From an uncultured Clostridia bacterium (GTDB lineage: Bacteria > Bacillota > Clostridia > Saccharofermentanales > DTU023), in assembly GCA_946220865.1 (NCBI GenBank), contig CAMJYM010000003.1, forward strand, positions 28,428 to 92,427: DNA of 64,000 nucleotides, read 5' to 3'. Position 1 is the stretch's first letter, and each line of letters starts with the position of its first letter. Below are positions 1 to 8,295 of the stretch, in pieces. The notes beneath the pieces were generated by a model. It did not search any database. It was not told where the DNA came from and was given only the letters and a program-made list of their open reading frames with translations. The translations under genes and the position numbers were made by a program.

Positions 1-103
1 TCATAATGCTCGGAACCCCATCACGGATAAGGGTGCCCTTGACGGGATCCAGGCGAACTTCATTGGTATCGGGAACTTGTTTGACACAAACAATAATATT
101 CAT
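1..103 (-). CDS. etfB: Electron transfer flavoprotein beta subunit, N-terminal fragment (gene runs off the window start)
   Basis: Reverse-strand translation from ATG at 103-101 reads [34 protein letters not shown], the canonical EtfB N-terminus. It lies immediately downstream of an acyl-CoA dehydrogenase, as in bcd-etfBA operons. Confidence 0.75.
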   Translation of the reverse strand, partial: MNIIVCVKQVPDTNEVRLDPVKGTLIRDGVPSIM

Positions 104-116
104 GATTTCGCGCCTC

Positions 117-1274
117 CTATTTCAGCATGTCGCCGGAGATAACCATCTCCATGACTTCCGATGTTCCTTCGTAGATTTCGGTAATCTTGGCATCACGCAT
201 CATGCGCTCAACATCGTAATCCTGCATATAGCCGTAGCCACCGTGCAGCTGGACGGCGCGATCCGCAACATATTCGGCCACGCGCGAAGCCTTGAGTTTA
301 GCCATAGCCGCCTCAACACTGAAGCGCTGAGGTTTTCTGGCCTTATTGGCCGCATCCTTGGCGAGAGCCGCACGATACACCAGATAGCGCGCTGCTTCTA
401 CTTCGGTCTTCATCTGCGCCAGGGTAAACTGGGTGTTCTGGAATTTCGCGATGGGACGGCCAAACTGTTTTCTTTCCTTGACATAGGCGACAGTCTTGTC
501 GAGAGCCCCCTGAGCAATGCCCAGAGCCTGAGCCGCGATACCAATACGTCCGCCATCCAGCGTCGTCATGGCAATACCGAAGCCCTTGCCCTCTTTGCCG
601 AGGAGATTTTCTTTGGGAATTTTGCAGTCGATGAAAATGAGTTCACGAGTCGATGAACCGTGGATACCCATCTTCTTTTCAGGAAGGCCAAAATCAAAGC
701 CCGGTGTCCCTTTTTCGACGATGAAAGCCGAAATGCCGTGCGTGCCCTGGCTCTTGTCGGTCATGGCAAAAACGACGTAGACATCGGCTTCGCCGGCGTT
801 AGTGATAAAGATTTTACTGCCATTCAGGAGGTAGAAATCACCCTGGAGTTCCGCTCTTGTCTGCGTTCCTGCCGCATCGGTGCCTGCTTCCGGTTCTGTC
901 AGCGCAAAGGCACCGAGCTTTTCGCCCTTGGCCAGAGGGATGAGGTATTTTTCCTTCTGCGCATCTGAGCCAAAATGATTGATGCAGTCCGCACAAAGCG
1001 AAGTGTGCGCGGAAACAATGACGCCCGTCGTCGCGCAGACGCGGGAAAGTTCTTCCACGCAGAGAACGTAGGAAAGTGTATCGCAGCCCTGGCCGCCCCA
1101 CTTTTTATCGAAAGGAATGCCGAGAAAACCATTCTTCTTCAGCTTCTCGACGGTCTCGCGGGGAAAGCGATGCGTTTCATCGACATCCTGCGCAAGGGGT
1201 TCTACTTCGCGTTCAGCGAAGTCGCGAAAGAGGTCACGCATCATGCTGTGCTCTTTGCTTAATGTAAAATCCAT
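117..1274 (-). CDS. bcd: Acyl-CoA dehydrogenase (butyryl-CoA dehydrogenase type)
   Basis: 385 aa from ATG 1274, with AGGAGG 8 nt upstream. The listed ORF start at 1298 is probably an over-extension. ACAD hallmarks are present: [17 protein letters not shown] and [33 protein letters not shown]. Followed by etfB. Confidence 0.9.
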   Translation of the reverse strand: MDFTLSKEHSMMRDLFRDFAEREVEPLAQDVDETHRFPRETVEKLKKNGFLGIPFDKKWGGQGCDTLSYVLCVEELSRVCATTGVIVSAHTSLCADCINHFGSDAQKEKYLIPLAKGEKLGAFALTEPEAGTDAAGTQTRAELQGDFYLLNGSKIFITNAGEADVYVVFAMTDKSQGTHGISAFIVEKGTPGFDFGLPEKKMGIHGSSTRELIFIDCKIPKENLLGKEGKGFGIAMTTLDGGRIGIAAQALGIAQGALDKTVAYVKERKQFGRPIAKFQNTQFTLAQMKTEVEAARYLVYRAALAKDAANKARKPQRFSVEAAMAKLKASRVAEYVADRAVQLHGGYGYMQDYDVERMMRDAKITEIYEGTSEVMEMVISGDMLK

Positions 1275-1350
1275 GCCAAATACCTCCTGATCAAGCAATA
1301 ATAATGATCAACTCGCCACATTTTAGCAGAAAATTTCGGGCGCTACAAAC

Positions 1351-1436
1351 GTTTCCGGTAAAAAATGGCAGCAGCGTTTCCGCTAAAAAACAGCAGCCGT
1401 GTTTCCGGAAAAAAGGCCAGCAGCTTTTTTCGGTAA
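1351..1436. repeat. 25-bp tandem repeat, 3 full copies plus a partial one (GTTTCCGS-W-A5-6-N-GCAGCAGC)
   Basis: Copies at 1351-1375, 1376-1400 and 1401-1425, with a partial copy from 1426. Read directly from the sequence. Lies 77-160 nt upstream of the bcd start, on the opposite strand. Confidence 0.8.
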
Positions 1437-1536
1437 CAAGGCATGCCGAAATAAAATGCAAAGACTATTTAAATCTTTGCTGCAAAATCCCGGGAAGCGC
1501 CGCTGAGTTGGACACTAACCGTAAACGATAAGGTGC

Positions 1537-1875
1537 CTATGGTAATGGCTCGTGATCTTTTTGAATGTGACCTTGAATATCCCTTCTACCATAAAAGATT
1601 CGAAGCACATTTACTGAGAAATCTTTATCCGAAACTGTATAAAAAACAATAAAATGATCCACCGACATTTGATGCATTCCGATGCTGTGCCAGGGTTCCC
1701 ATTCTACTGCTTTGTTTCGAGCTGGAAAAATATCAAGGCGGCGAATACTGTCGCGAATCCTCCTGGTCTGAGCAATCGCTATACCAAACTCTTTTAGCTC
1801 AAAAGCAATATATTCATAGATATCTCTCAAATCCTGAACTGCGTCTTCTGAATAACTGACCTGATATTTTTCCAT
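1537..1875 (-). CDS. relE: Type II toxin, RelE/ParE family
   Basis: 112 aa. Overlaps the upstream antitoxin ORF by 1 nt. RelE/ParE-like C-terminal pattern FIVFYTVSDKDFSVNVLRIFYGRRD. The region is visibly AT-richer than its flanks. Confidence 0.7.
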   Translation of the reverse strand: MEKYQVSYSEDAVQDLRDIYEYIAFELKEFGIAIAQTRRIRDSIRRLDIFPARNKAVEWEPWHSIGMHQMSVDHFIVFYTVSDKDFSVNVLRIFYGRRDIQGHIQKDHEPLP

Positions 1876-2180
1876 CAGATTCCGTAGTCTCTTTTCATCA
1901 TTTCATCGACCTCGCGGACAGAATGAACTTTTCCGGCCTGCATGGAATCATATCCCTTTTGCAGTTCGACATTCAGCTCTTCCGTGCTGAGTTCGTCAAG
2001 GGAAAGGACTTTGCCTGCGGGAAGTTTGATCCCGAAGGGAATACTTTTCGTCAGCCTGATTTGCTTGTACAGCATTTGCACAAGCGAAGATGGAGTAACA
2101 CCTAGTTGTGAAAGGATGTTTTCTACGTCCTCTTTAAGCTCCGGGTCAATGCGAGCGTAGACTGTAGCCGTATTTGCCAT
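1875..2180 (-). CDS. relB: Type II antitoxin, RelB/DinJ family
   Basis: 101 aa from ATG 2180, with a GGGGGGG Shine-Dalgarno-like tract just upstream. The ORF-track start at 2282 is an over-extension. N-terminus ATVYARIDPELKEDVENILSQLGVTPSSLVQMLYKQI matches the RelB/DinJ ribbon-helix-helix pattern. Confidence 0.7.
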   Translation of the reverse strand: MANTATVYARIDPELKEDVENILSQLGVTPSSLVQMLYKQIRLTKSIPFGIKLPAGKVLSLDELSTEELNVELQKGYDSMQAGKVHSVREVDEMMKRDYGI

Positions 2181-2205
2181 AAAATTCCCCCCCTTTTTTC
2201 TTTTA

Positions 2206-2245
2206 ATCATAACGCAGAGGCCTGTAATTTGTAAATCGATTTGCA
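2206..2245 (-). promoter_or_regulatory. Putative relBE promoter (TTACAA-17 nt-TATGAT) overlapped by the 16-bp palindrome TGTAAATCGATTTGCA
   Basis: On the minus strand, -35 is at 2234-2229 and -10 at 2211-2206. The near-perfect palindrome lies at 2230-2245. Type II antitoxins typically autoregulate through such operators. Confidence 0.45.
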
Positions 2246-2274
2246 TACAATCGCATTCAACAGCACATGGGCTG

Positions 2275-2353
2275 GGGCTCACGGGCAGCTAAGCCCTTCG
2301 GCGGAGTATGCCCAGCTATCTGCCTTTAGCCGGGCTCACTGGCAGCTAAGCCC
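2275..2353. repeat. Pair of 22-bp direct repeats GGGCTCAC(G/T)GGCAGCTAAGCCC, 57 bp apart
   Basis: Copies at 2275-2296 and 2332-2353, differing at one base. Each can fold as a GGGCT/AGCCC mini-hairpin. Confidence 0.8.
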
Positions 2354-2357
2354 CCTG

Positions 2358-2750
2358 CTCTCATTTCGGTTTTTCTGAATTTCGTACAAAATTTCAAGTT
2401 GTGGGTGGTTAGTCAAAGCAAACTAAGTTCAAAGCCATCCATAACTTGAGAACTTGCACGGCCAAACCATCCACAACTTGCAGACTTGCATTTGCGTCCA
2501 TCCACTACTTGCTAAGTTGCAATAAAATCAGAAAAACCAAAGCAAAACCATCCACAAGTTGCTATGTTGCAACAAAATATGGTGACCCACGAAGGTTAGA
2601 CTTGAAACCGGCGAACAAGTATTTGCCGGTTTCGCTAAGCCACTCATCAGTTGCTGTGGTGCACGAAAATCAGGTGACCCGCAAAAGTTGGACTTTCAAC
2701 CAGCGTGTAAGAATTACCGGTTTTGCTTAGACCACCCATGTGTTGGGGGA
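2358..2750. repeat. Degenerate iteron-like array: one inverted unit facing six direct units with core CCATCCACAACTTGCAGACTTGCA
   Basis: Direct copies start at 2435, 2467, 2498, 2548, 2640 and 2732, giving spacings of 32, 31, 50, 92 and 92 bp. An inverted copy (CCACCCACAACTTG) lies at 2408-2395 with a tail matching unit 3. The 92-bp units carry an AAACCGGC/GCCGGTTT hairpin. Confidence 0.85.
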
Positions 2751-2806
2751 GCGTCAAATATGCTGGATCCTTCTTACATAGCATAAATATCTTCATAAAG
2801 TAAAAT

Positions 2807-2840
2807 AAAGCAAAAGCCGCCAAGTGGCGGCTTTTGCTTT
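2807..2840 (-). terminator. Intrinsic terminator downstream of the ferredoxin gene (palindromic, potentially bidirectional)
   Basis: Perfect 14-bp stem AAAGCAAAAGCCGC / GCGGCTTTTGCTTT with a 6-nt loop, followed by a T-rich stretch on the minus strand. Confidence 0.75.
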
Positions 2841-2949
2841 GCCCGATAACTCAGGCTAATTTGTAAAATACAGCTTATTCCTGAGAATTAGTACTGGTAG
2901 GCAAAACAGCTGGCTTGCCATGAGTCAAACTTGTTTGCCCGAAATTGGT

Positions 2950-3138
<189 letters not shown>

Positions 3139-3263
3139 TTAATCATGTCGGCTTTGCGCCGAAAGTATTCTTGAAAGCGGCTCTGACCGCTTGCAGACAG
3201 CTTTGTGCGTCATGCCTGTTTATTCAAACATTGCCCCACGCTGTTAGTCAAGATTAACCACTT

Positions 3264-3308
3264 AAAAAATGGGTGAGATGCAGTGCAAACGAACTGCATC
3301 CCACCCAT
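3264..3308 (-). terminator. Intrinsic terminator of the LPXTG gene
   Basis: On the minus strand, ATGGGTGGGATGCAGT-loop-ACTGCATCTCACCCAT is followed by TTTTTT, about 45 nt after the stop at 3351. Confidence 0.8.
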
Positions 3309-3350
3309 AAAGGCTTCAAGTCAATCAGCAACCGTAAAAGAGTGCAGGAC

Positions 3351-4415
3351 TTATCTCATTTTTCTGCGGAGCAGGAACAAGGCGGAAGCGCTGAGAAGGA
3401 AGAAAAGGCTCAGAGGCTGAGTACTCTTCTCACCTGTCTTAGGCAGCTGAATCGGAGCCTGAGCAGCATCGACATTTTGCACCGGAGCCTGCGGCATCGG
3501 CTGCACTTGCTGAATCACCTGCGGCGGATTCCACATCGGCGGCACCTGGCAGGGATAAGGGCAGGGAATGAGAATATCCTGTTCTTCTTCTGGTGTAGGC
3601 GCAGGTTTCACAGTGACGGTGTAAGAAATAGTCTTATTATCATCAGCTGGGAGATTATAATCCTTGCCTTTAGGATCTTGCTCTGATTCCCAACTAAATT
3701 CAAAATCCATTGACATGCCCATAAAAGTAGCTGTTGCTTTGAAATGCCCTTTAACTATACCAGTTGCTTGTAATTCTTTACCTGCAAATTTGGCATCAGC
3801 CACAATATTTCCAGCATCTAATCTCAAAGTTGGGCAAGCATTAACATTCTCCCATAAGGTCTTAAAATTATCATATTGAGATTCATTATTTAATTTCATT
3901 TCAACGTGAAGGTCTTTTTTGGGATCTTTATCATAATTCGTGGCAGCGGCATAAAAAAGAGAGTTATCATAAAATTTTGCATTGTCGTAAGAATCGGTTT
4001 TAAATTCCAGACCATCCGGGAGATACAGAAAGGTCTCAAAAGTGCACTCCAAATCTGATATTTCAATCAGACTTAAATATTTTTCACCATCTGCATAACC
4101 CTCTTCTTTAGCAGCTTGCACAAACCAATCTTTTAGTCCATTAATCTGATTCTTAACAGGTTGTACGCCTATTATCCCTGTTAAAGTAAAGGGTACACCA
4201 GGCTCCACAATATGAGGAGCTGTGCCCGAATCTTCACCAATAAGGAGATCTCCCGGCACTGGAGTAATTATATTCTCCGATTTGAAAAGAGGCTGGGGGG
4301 GGGGGGTAGAGGTATCTTCGCTTGCACAAACCGGCAGTGAAAGCGTTGTCAATGCGAATACTGCGACGAGGCAGATGGCAAAGAAGCGATGTTTTTTCCT
4401 TTGTTGTAACTTCAT
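3351..4415 (-). CDS. LPXTG cell-wall-anchored surface protein, function unknown
   Basis: Has an N-terminal signal peptide (MKLQQRKKHRFFAICLVAVFALTTLSLPVCA). The C-terminus has an LPKTG motif, a hydrophobic segment and an RRKMR tail. A Pro/Gln-rich stalk precedes the anchor. The central domain DNA is markedly AT-rich. Confidence 0.85.
   Translation of the reverse strand: MKLQQRKKHRFFAICLVAVFALTTLSLPVCASEDTSTPPPQPLFKSENIITPVPGDLLIGEDSGTAPHIVEPGVPFTLTGIIGVQPVKNQINGLKDWFVQAAKEEGYADGEKYLSLIEISDLECTFETFLYLPDGLEFKTDSYDNAKFYDNSLFYAAATNYDKDPKKDLHVEMKLNNESQYDNFKTLWENVNACPTLRLDAGNIVADAKFAGKELQATGIVKGHFKATATFMGMSMDFEFSWESEQDPKGKDYNLPADDNKTISYTVTVKPAPTPEEEQDILIPCPYPCQVPPMWNPPQVIQQVQPMPQAPVQNVDAAQAPIQLPKTGEKSTQPLSLFFLLSASALFLLRRKMR
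4295..4306. repeat. G12 (coding-strand C12) homopolymer inside the LPXTG CDS
   Basis: Counted directly: 12 consecutive G at 4295-4306. They encode T-P-P-P-Q just after the predicted signal-peptide cleavage site. Confidence 0.95.
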
Positions 4416-4570
4416 ACACTTGTCCTTTCATGACCCAGCTCTGGCCGGGTATAACCGGGATTATTCTAGCACCTGAGAGACTGAACGAACAGGTGTGGCA
4501 TCGGCAAAACATTTGTCACACAAATTCAATATTAAATTTTATATCGAATTATTGAATTTTAACCTTCGTG

Positions 4571-5473
4571 TCAGCGACCATGTGCTTCAAGCAAGCTGAA
4601 GAGCCTTGCTGCGAGGAGGCCGAGGCCAAAGAAGAGCAGGCAGAGGAGGACGGCTGCAAGAGGACTGAGACCCATGGCTTCGAGCTTGGTGGGCTGGAGT
4701 CCGGGAAAAACGACGGCGGGGAAAATACCGATGGAGGAGCCGATGACAAGCCCAAGAATAAGGGCATAAAGGCTGCTGTAATGGCGATTGAGCAGTCGGT
4801 TGATAGCTTTGGCAAGGAGCAGGATGCTGGCCGCCGCACCCAAAACAAGCGGCAGCACCGCCGGGATGTTGAGATTTTTTATGGCATCACTCATGGGTTT
4901 ATAGAGGCCAAAGTAGATGAGAAAGTTAGAGGGCGAGAGTCCCGGCACGATAAAGCCCATGCCGATGATCGCTCCGGCCATAAGCCAGACAGGGAAACTG
5001 GGATTGATCTGCGTGAATTTCTGGCCGCCCAGCAGCATGAGGGCGATGATCAGCGCGGTAGAGCAGAGCATGAGAGGAAGGTCGCTTTTTCTTCTTCCCT
5101 CTTTGCCGGCTTCTTTGAAGAGCGAAGGCAGGGTTCCGACGACCAGCCCGATAAAGAGGCAGGTAAAGAAAGCTTCGTAAGAGCCGAGGGCCGCTGATAC
5201 GACAAAGGCGAAGAGCAGAATGCCCGTGCCTCCGCCCAGAATGGCCGGAAGAAAATAGAGCAGATTTCGGCCGAAGTGAAAAAAAGGCCGGGCCAGAAAG
5301 CGCATGATGGGATCATAGAGCTTGAAGATAACGGCCAGGACGCCCCCGGAAAGACCCGGAAGAATGGCGCCGATACCGATGAGCAGCCCTTTGAAATACC
5401 AGAGGATGCGATCTTTCCAGCTTTGTTCCGGTGGAATATAGCCCTTCTCGGCTTGCGATGTGCCAGGTTCCAT
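4571..5473 (-). CDS. DUF368-family polytopic membrane protein (family recently linked to undecaprenyl-phosphate recycling)
   Basis: 300 aa with many TM segments and a duplicated PGLSGG / PGLSPS motif typical of DUF368. Assigned by pattern recognition only. Confidence 0.65.
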   Translation of the reverse strand: MEPGTSQAEKGYIPPEQSWKDRILWYFKGLLIGIGAILPGLSGGVLAVIFKLYDPIMRFLARPFFHFGRNLLYFLPAILGGGTGILLFAFVVSAALGSYEAFFTCLFIGLVVGTLPSLFKEAGKEGRRKSDLPLMLCSTALIIALMLLGGQKFTQINPSFPVWLMAGAIIGMGFIVPGLSPSNFLIYFGLYKPMSDAIKNLNIPAVLPLVLGAAASILLLAKAINRLLNRHYSSLYALILGLVIGSSIGIFPAVVFPGLQPTKLEAMGLSPLAAVLLCLLFFGLGLLAARLFSLLEAHGR

Positions 5474-5577
5474 GATGCTCCCTTCTTTTTCGAGAAGCTT
5501 CGCTCCTTATGCAGCAAGGCTGATATCCTGCTAAAATATTAAAGTTCAGAAATGTATTTTACTATGAGGAGAGTCGC

Positions 5578-7251
5578 GTGAACATATTCAGGGAGAAAAT
5601 CAGAGAAGTCGTGGCCTCGGTGTTTCCGGTTGCAGGCTTCGTGCTTATCCTGCAGCTGCTCTTTCGACCGATGAGCGGCCTGGAGACGGGGCGTTTTATC
5701 TTCGCCAGCCTGCTGATTATCGGCGGCCTTGCGCTTTTTCTCCTGGGCATCGATCTGAGCATCACCCCCATGGGCAATTCCATGGGCCGCGGTCTGGTCA
5801 AAAGCCGCAATATACCGATTATTCTGTTCGCCGCTTTTATTCTCGGCTTTCTCATCAACGCGGCCGAGCCGGATTTGCTGATCCTCGCTCAGAGTATTGA
5901 CGCGGTCAGCGGTGGCCAGCTCCCCTATCTGCAACTCATCATCACCGTTTCGCTCGGGGTTGGCCTCATCGTCATGGTCGGCTTTGTGCGCCTGCTGCGC
6001 AGCTTGCCGCTGAAATATCTCTTTGCTGTGATTTACGGCCTTATTTTGATTCTTGCCCTGCTCGGTCCGGGCGAATATCTGGCCATCGCTTTCGATGCCT
6101 CCGGGGCAACGACAGGCGCCATTACAACGCCCTTTCTGCTCGCCCTTTCAGCCGGTCTGGCCGTGCTCTCGCACCGCTCGTCCGAGGCGGGTGTCGGAGA
6201 AAGTTTCGGCATGGTGGGACTTGCTTCCAGCGGGGCCATTCTGGCTGTCCTGCTCCTCGGCTTAATTCGAGGCGGCGGCGCTCTCCAGGGAGGGTCCATC
6301 GAACTCAGTCAAGCTGGCGAGAGATTCTTCGATCCTTTTGTACAAATCATCCGTCCCCATGTCAAGGATGCTCTACTGGCCATCTTGCCTCTTACCCTGA
6401 TCTTCCTCTTCATCAATAAACTCACACGTGACATGAAACGCCGCCAGTTGCGGAGGGTTTATAAAGGCCTGATCTATTGCATCCTCGGCCTCAGCATTTT
6501 CACAGTGGCGGTCAACGGGAGCTTCATGGAGGCCGGGCAGCGGGTAGGACAGACCATGGCCAGTCTGGACAAACCTTACCTGCTTGTGCTCATCGGCTTC
6601 TTTCTGGGCATGACCGTAGTTCTGGCTGAACCGGCGGTCCATGTACTCACTCAGCAGATCGAAAAGGAAACCGGCGGCTTTATTCCCCGAAAACTCGTTC
6701 TTATCTTTCTGAGCGGAGGCGTGGCTATCGGCGTTTCCCTGGCCATGCTGCGCCTGATTCTGCCAGGCCTGCAGCTCTGGCACCTGCTGCTTCCCGCCTA
6801 TGTGGCAGCACTCATCATGAGCTGGTTCTCCGACGAGCTTTTTGTCGGCATCGCCTTTGACTCCGGCGGTGTAGTCTCCGGACCCATGACTGCAACTTTC
6901 GTCCTTGCCTTTACCCAGGGTGCCGCTTCCGTAAGCCCTGGAGCCAATGTGATTCTCGATGGTTTTGGCGTCATCGCCCTCGTCGCCATGACGCCACTGC
7001 TTTCATTGCAAATTCTCGGTCTCATCTATCAGCAGCGCTCAGCCAGGTCGAGACGGATGGCAGCAGCTGAGCATCAGGCGCTCGAAGCGGCTAACGAGAA
7101 AAAGGATCGTTCCACGCTCAGCGAGTCTCAGACAACGACGCCGGGTGAAATTGAAACTCCCGATCAAACCGCTGTGAAGCAGCCTGGCAAGACCACGACT
7201 CAGTATGAAACCGTACCCCAGCAGGAAGAAGAGAAAGGAAATCCCTCATGA
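5578..7251 (+). CDS. Fused double DUF1538 integral membrane protein with a hydrophilic C-terminal tail
   Basis: GTG start with a GAGGAG Shine-Dalgarno. Internal duplication is visible: AAEPDLLILAQSI vs LAEPAVHVLTQQI, and AFDASGATTGAITTPFLLA vs AFDSGGVVSGPMTATFVLA. Its stop overlaps the start of the next gene (ATGA). Confidence 0.7.
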   Translation: MNIFREKIREVVASVFPVAGFVLILQLLFRPMSGLETGRFIFASLLIIGGLALFLLGIDLSITPMGNSMGRGLVKSRNIPIILFAAFILGFLINAAEPDLLILAQSIDAVSGGQLPYLQLIITVSLGVGLIVMVGFVRLLRSLPLKYLFAVIYGLILILALLGPGEYLAIAFDASGATTGAITTPFLLALSAGLAVLSHRSSEAGVGESFGMVGLASSGAILAVLLLGLIRGGGALQGGSIELSQAGERFFDPFVQIIRPHVKDALLAILPLTLIFLFINKLTRDMKRRQLRRVYKGLIYCILGLSIFTVAVNGSFMEAGQRVGQTMASLDKPYLLVLIGFFLGMTVVLAEPAVHVLTQQIEKETGGFIPRKLVLIFLSGGVAIGVSLAMLRLILPGLQLWHLLLPAYVAALIMSWFSDELFVGIAFDSGGVVSGPMTATFVLAFTQGAASVSPGANVILDGFGVIALVAMTPLLSLQILGLIYQQRSARSRRMAAAEHQALEAANEKKDRSTLSESQTTTPGEIETPDQTAVKQPGKTTTQYETVPQQEEEKGNPS

Positions 7252-7949
7252 ATGCAGAACAACACACTTCCCCTCTTAATGAATGGGCTCCCGATGAAGC
7301 GCTGGAACTGTTGGTCTTTATTGTGAATCATGGCCGTGGAGAGGCCATTTTACAGCATTTGCGCGAGCATTTTGACACCGGTGCAACACTCATGCCGGCT
7401 TATGGCACAAGGCCAAATAAAGTCCTGAGATTTCTCGCACTGGACGAAGTGCGGAAGGATGTGCTCCTGCTGATTTGTCCTGAGGCACGCAGCACAGAGA
7501 TGATTCGGTCGGTGAAACAGGTCTTTCATCTGGAAAAAGCGAACAGCGGCATCGGTTTTACCATCCCGCTCAGTGAGGCACTGGGGCTGCACCAGCAAAA
7601 GGAGCGCTCGGCAAAGCTCAGTATCCCTGACGACAAGATCCACTATGTCGCTCTTTGCACGATCCTTGAGCGGGGGCTGGGCGAAGAAGCGGTTGACGTC
7701 GCCCGGGAGGTCGGCGCCAGGGGAGCTACCGTGATTGAAGCCCGGGGCAGTGCGCAGCGAATCAGTCAGGATTTTGCTTTTGAAATCGAAGATCAGAAGG
7801 ATTTTCTTCTGATGATCCTCAGAAAAGAGCAGCTGGAAACCGTACAAAAGGCCCTTTCCAACCATTTCAGCATGTCAGAAGCCAACAGTGGCATCACTTT
7901 TTCTTACCCTCTCAACAAAGTCATCGGCCTTTACGGACAGGAGGACTGA
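7248..7949 (+). CDS. Tandem (two-domain) PII/GlnB-like signalling protein
   Basis: 233 aa with two homologous halves, ending EKANSGIGFTIPLSEALGL and SEANSGITFSYPLNKVIGL. Shows a ferredoxin-like beta-alpha-beta pattern. Translationally coupled to the DUF1538 gene. Confidence 0.6.
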   Translation: MNAEQHTSPLNEWAPDEALELLVFIVNHGRGEAILQHLREHFDTGATLMPAYGTRPNKVLRFLALDEVRKDVLLLICPEARSTEMIRSVKQVFHLEKANSGIGFTIPLSEALGLHQQKERSAKLSIPDDKIHYVALCTILERGLGEEAVDVAREVGARGATVIEARGSAQRISQDFAFEIEDQKDFLLMILRKEQLETVQKALSNHFSMSEANSGITFSYPLNKVIGLYGQED

Positions 7950-7989
7950 AAAGCTTCCGAGCAGCTGCTTTTAAAAAAGGAGGACGACA

Positions 7990-8295
7990 ATGTATCAGGC
8001 CATTCATCTTATTATTCAACCCCACGACCTCGACAGGGCTCTGGCCATCGCTCATGCTGCAGGCGCTAACGGCGCCAGCATTATTCCGGCACGTGGAGCC
8101 GGGCGACATCAGGCGGGCAAAATTCTCTCCGTCCCTGTAGACGAACGCATGCTCTTTGTTCTCATTATTGTCCCCGAAGAACGTGTGGAGGCCATCGTGC
8201 ACAATCTTCATGAGGAACTGAAGATTGATGAGCCGGGACAGGGCGTTATTATGGTGAGCCCTCTCTGTTCGGTCAGTGGACTTGTTGAGTCCTGA
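7990..8295 (+). CDS. Single-domain PII/GlnB-like protein
   Basis: 101 aa with AGGAGG upstream. The pattern IIQPHDLDRALAIAHAAGANGASIIPARGAG...LFVLIIVPEERVEAIVHNLHEEL resembles the PII fold. Confidence 0.6.
   Translation: MYQAIHLIIQPHDLDRALAIAHAAGANGASIIPARGAGRHQAGKILSVPVDERMLFVLIIVPEERVEAIVHNLHEELKIDEPGQGVIMVSPLCSVSGLVES

Noticed and set aside
2580-2665. Possible tRNA gene or pseudogene on the minus strand, because TGGTGACCCACGAAGG resembles the reverse complement of a tRNA 3' end.
   Set aside because: - Manual folding fails. There is no complementary 5' acceptor strand and no T-arm (GTTCGAATC-type).
- The central hairpin has an 8-bp stem and a 12-nt loop instead of an anticodon arm.
- I keep it only as a possible att-site-like remnant in the repeat-array finding.
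2446-2730. 94-aa ORF spanning the iteron-like array.
   Set aside because: Its apparent repeats (KPSTTC / KPSTSC) are simply the DNA repeats read in frame. It has no Shine-Dalgarno, and the units are degenerate with varying lengths that would not preserve a protein.
2435-2750. Possible CRISPR array.
   Set aside because: The repeat spacing is irregular (31 to 92 bp), the repeats are degenerate rather than identical, the spacers are as short as 7-8 bp, and there are no cas genes in the window.
2358-2810. Chromosomal replication origin (oriC), because of the DnaA-box-like cores and an adjacent AT-rich stretch.
   Set aside because: - No dnaA, dnaN or rpmH context.
- The boxes deviate at the first two consensus positions.
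- The conserved unit is 24 bp, much longer than a DnaA box.
- It is therefore reported only as an iteron-like array or possible DnaA-box cluster.
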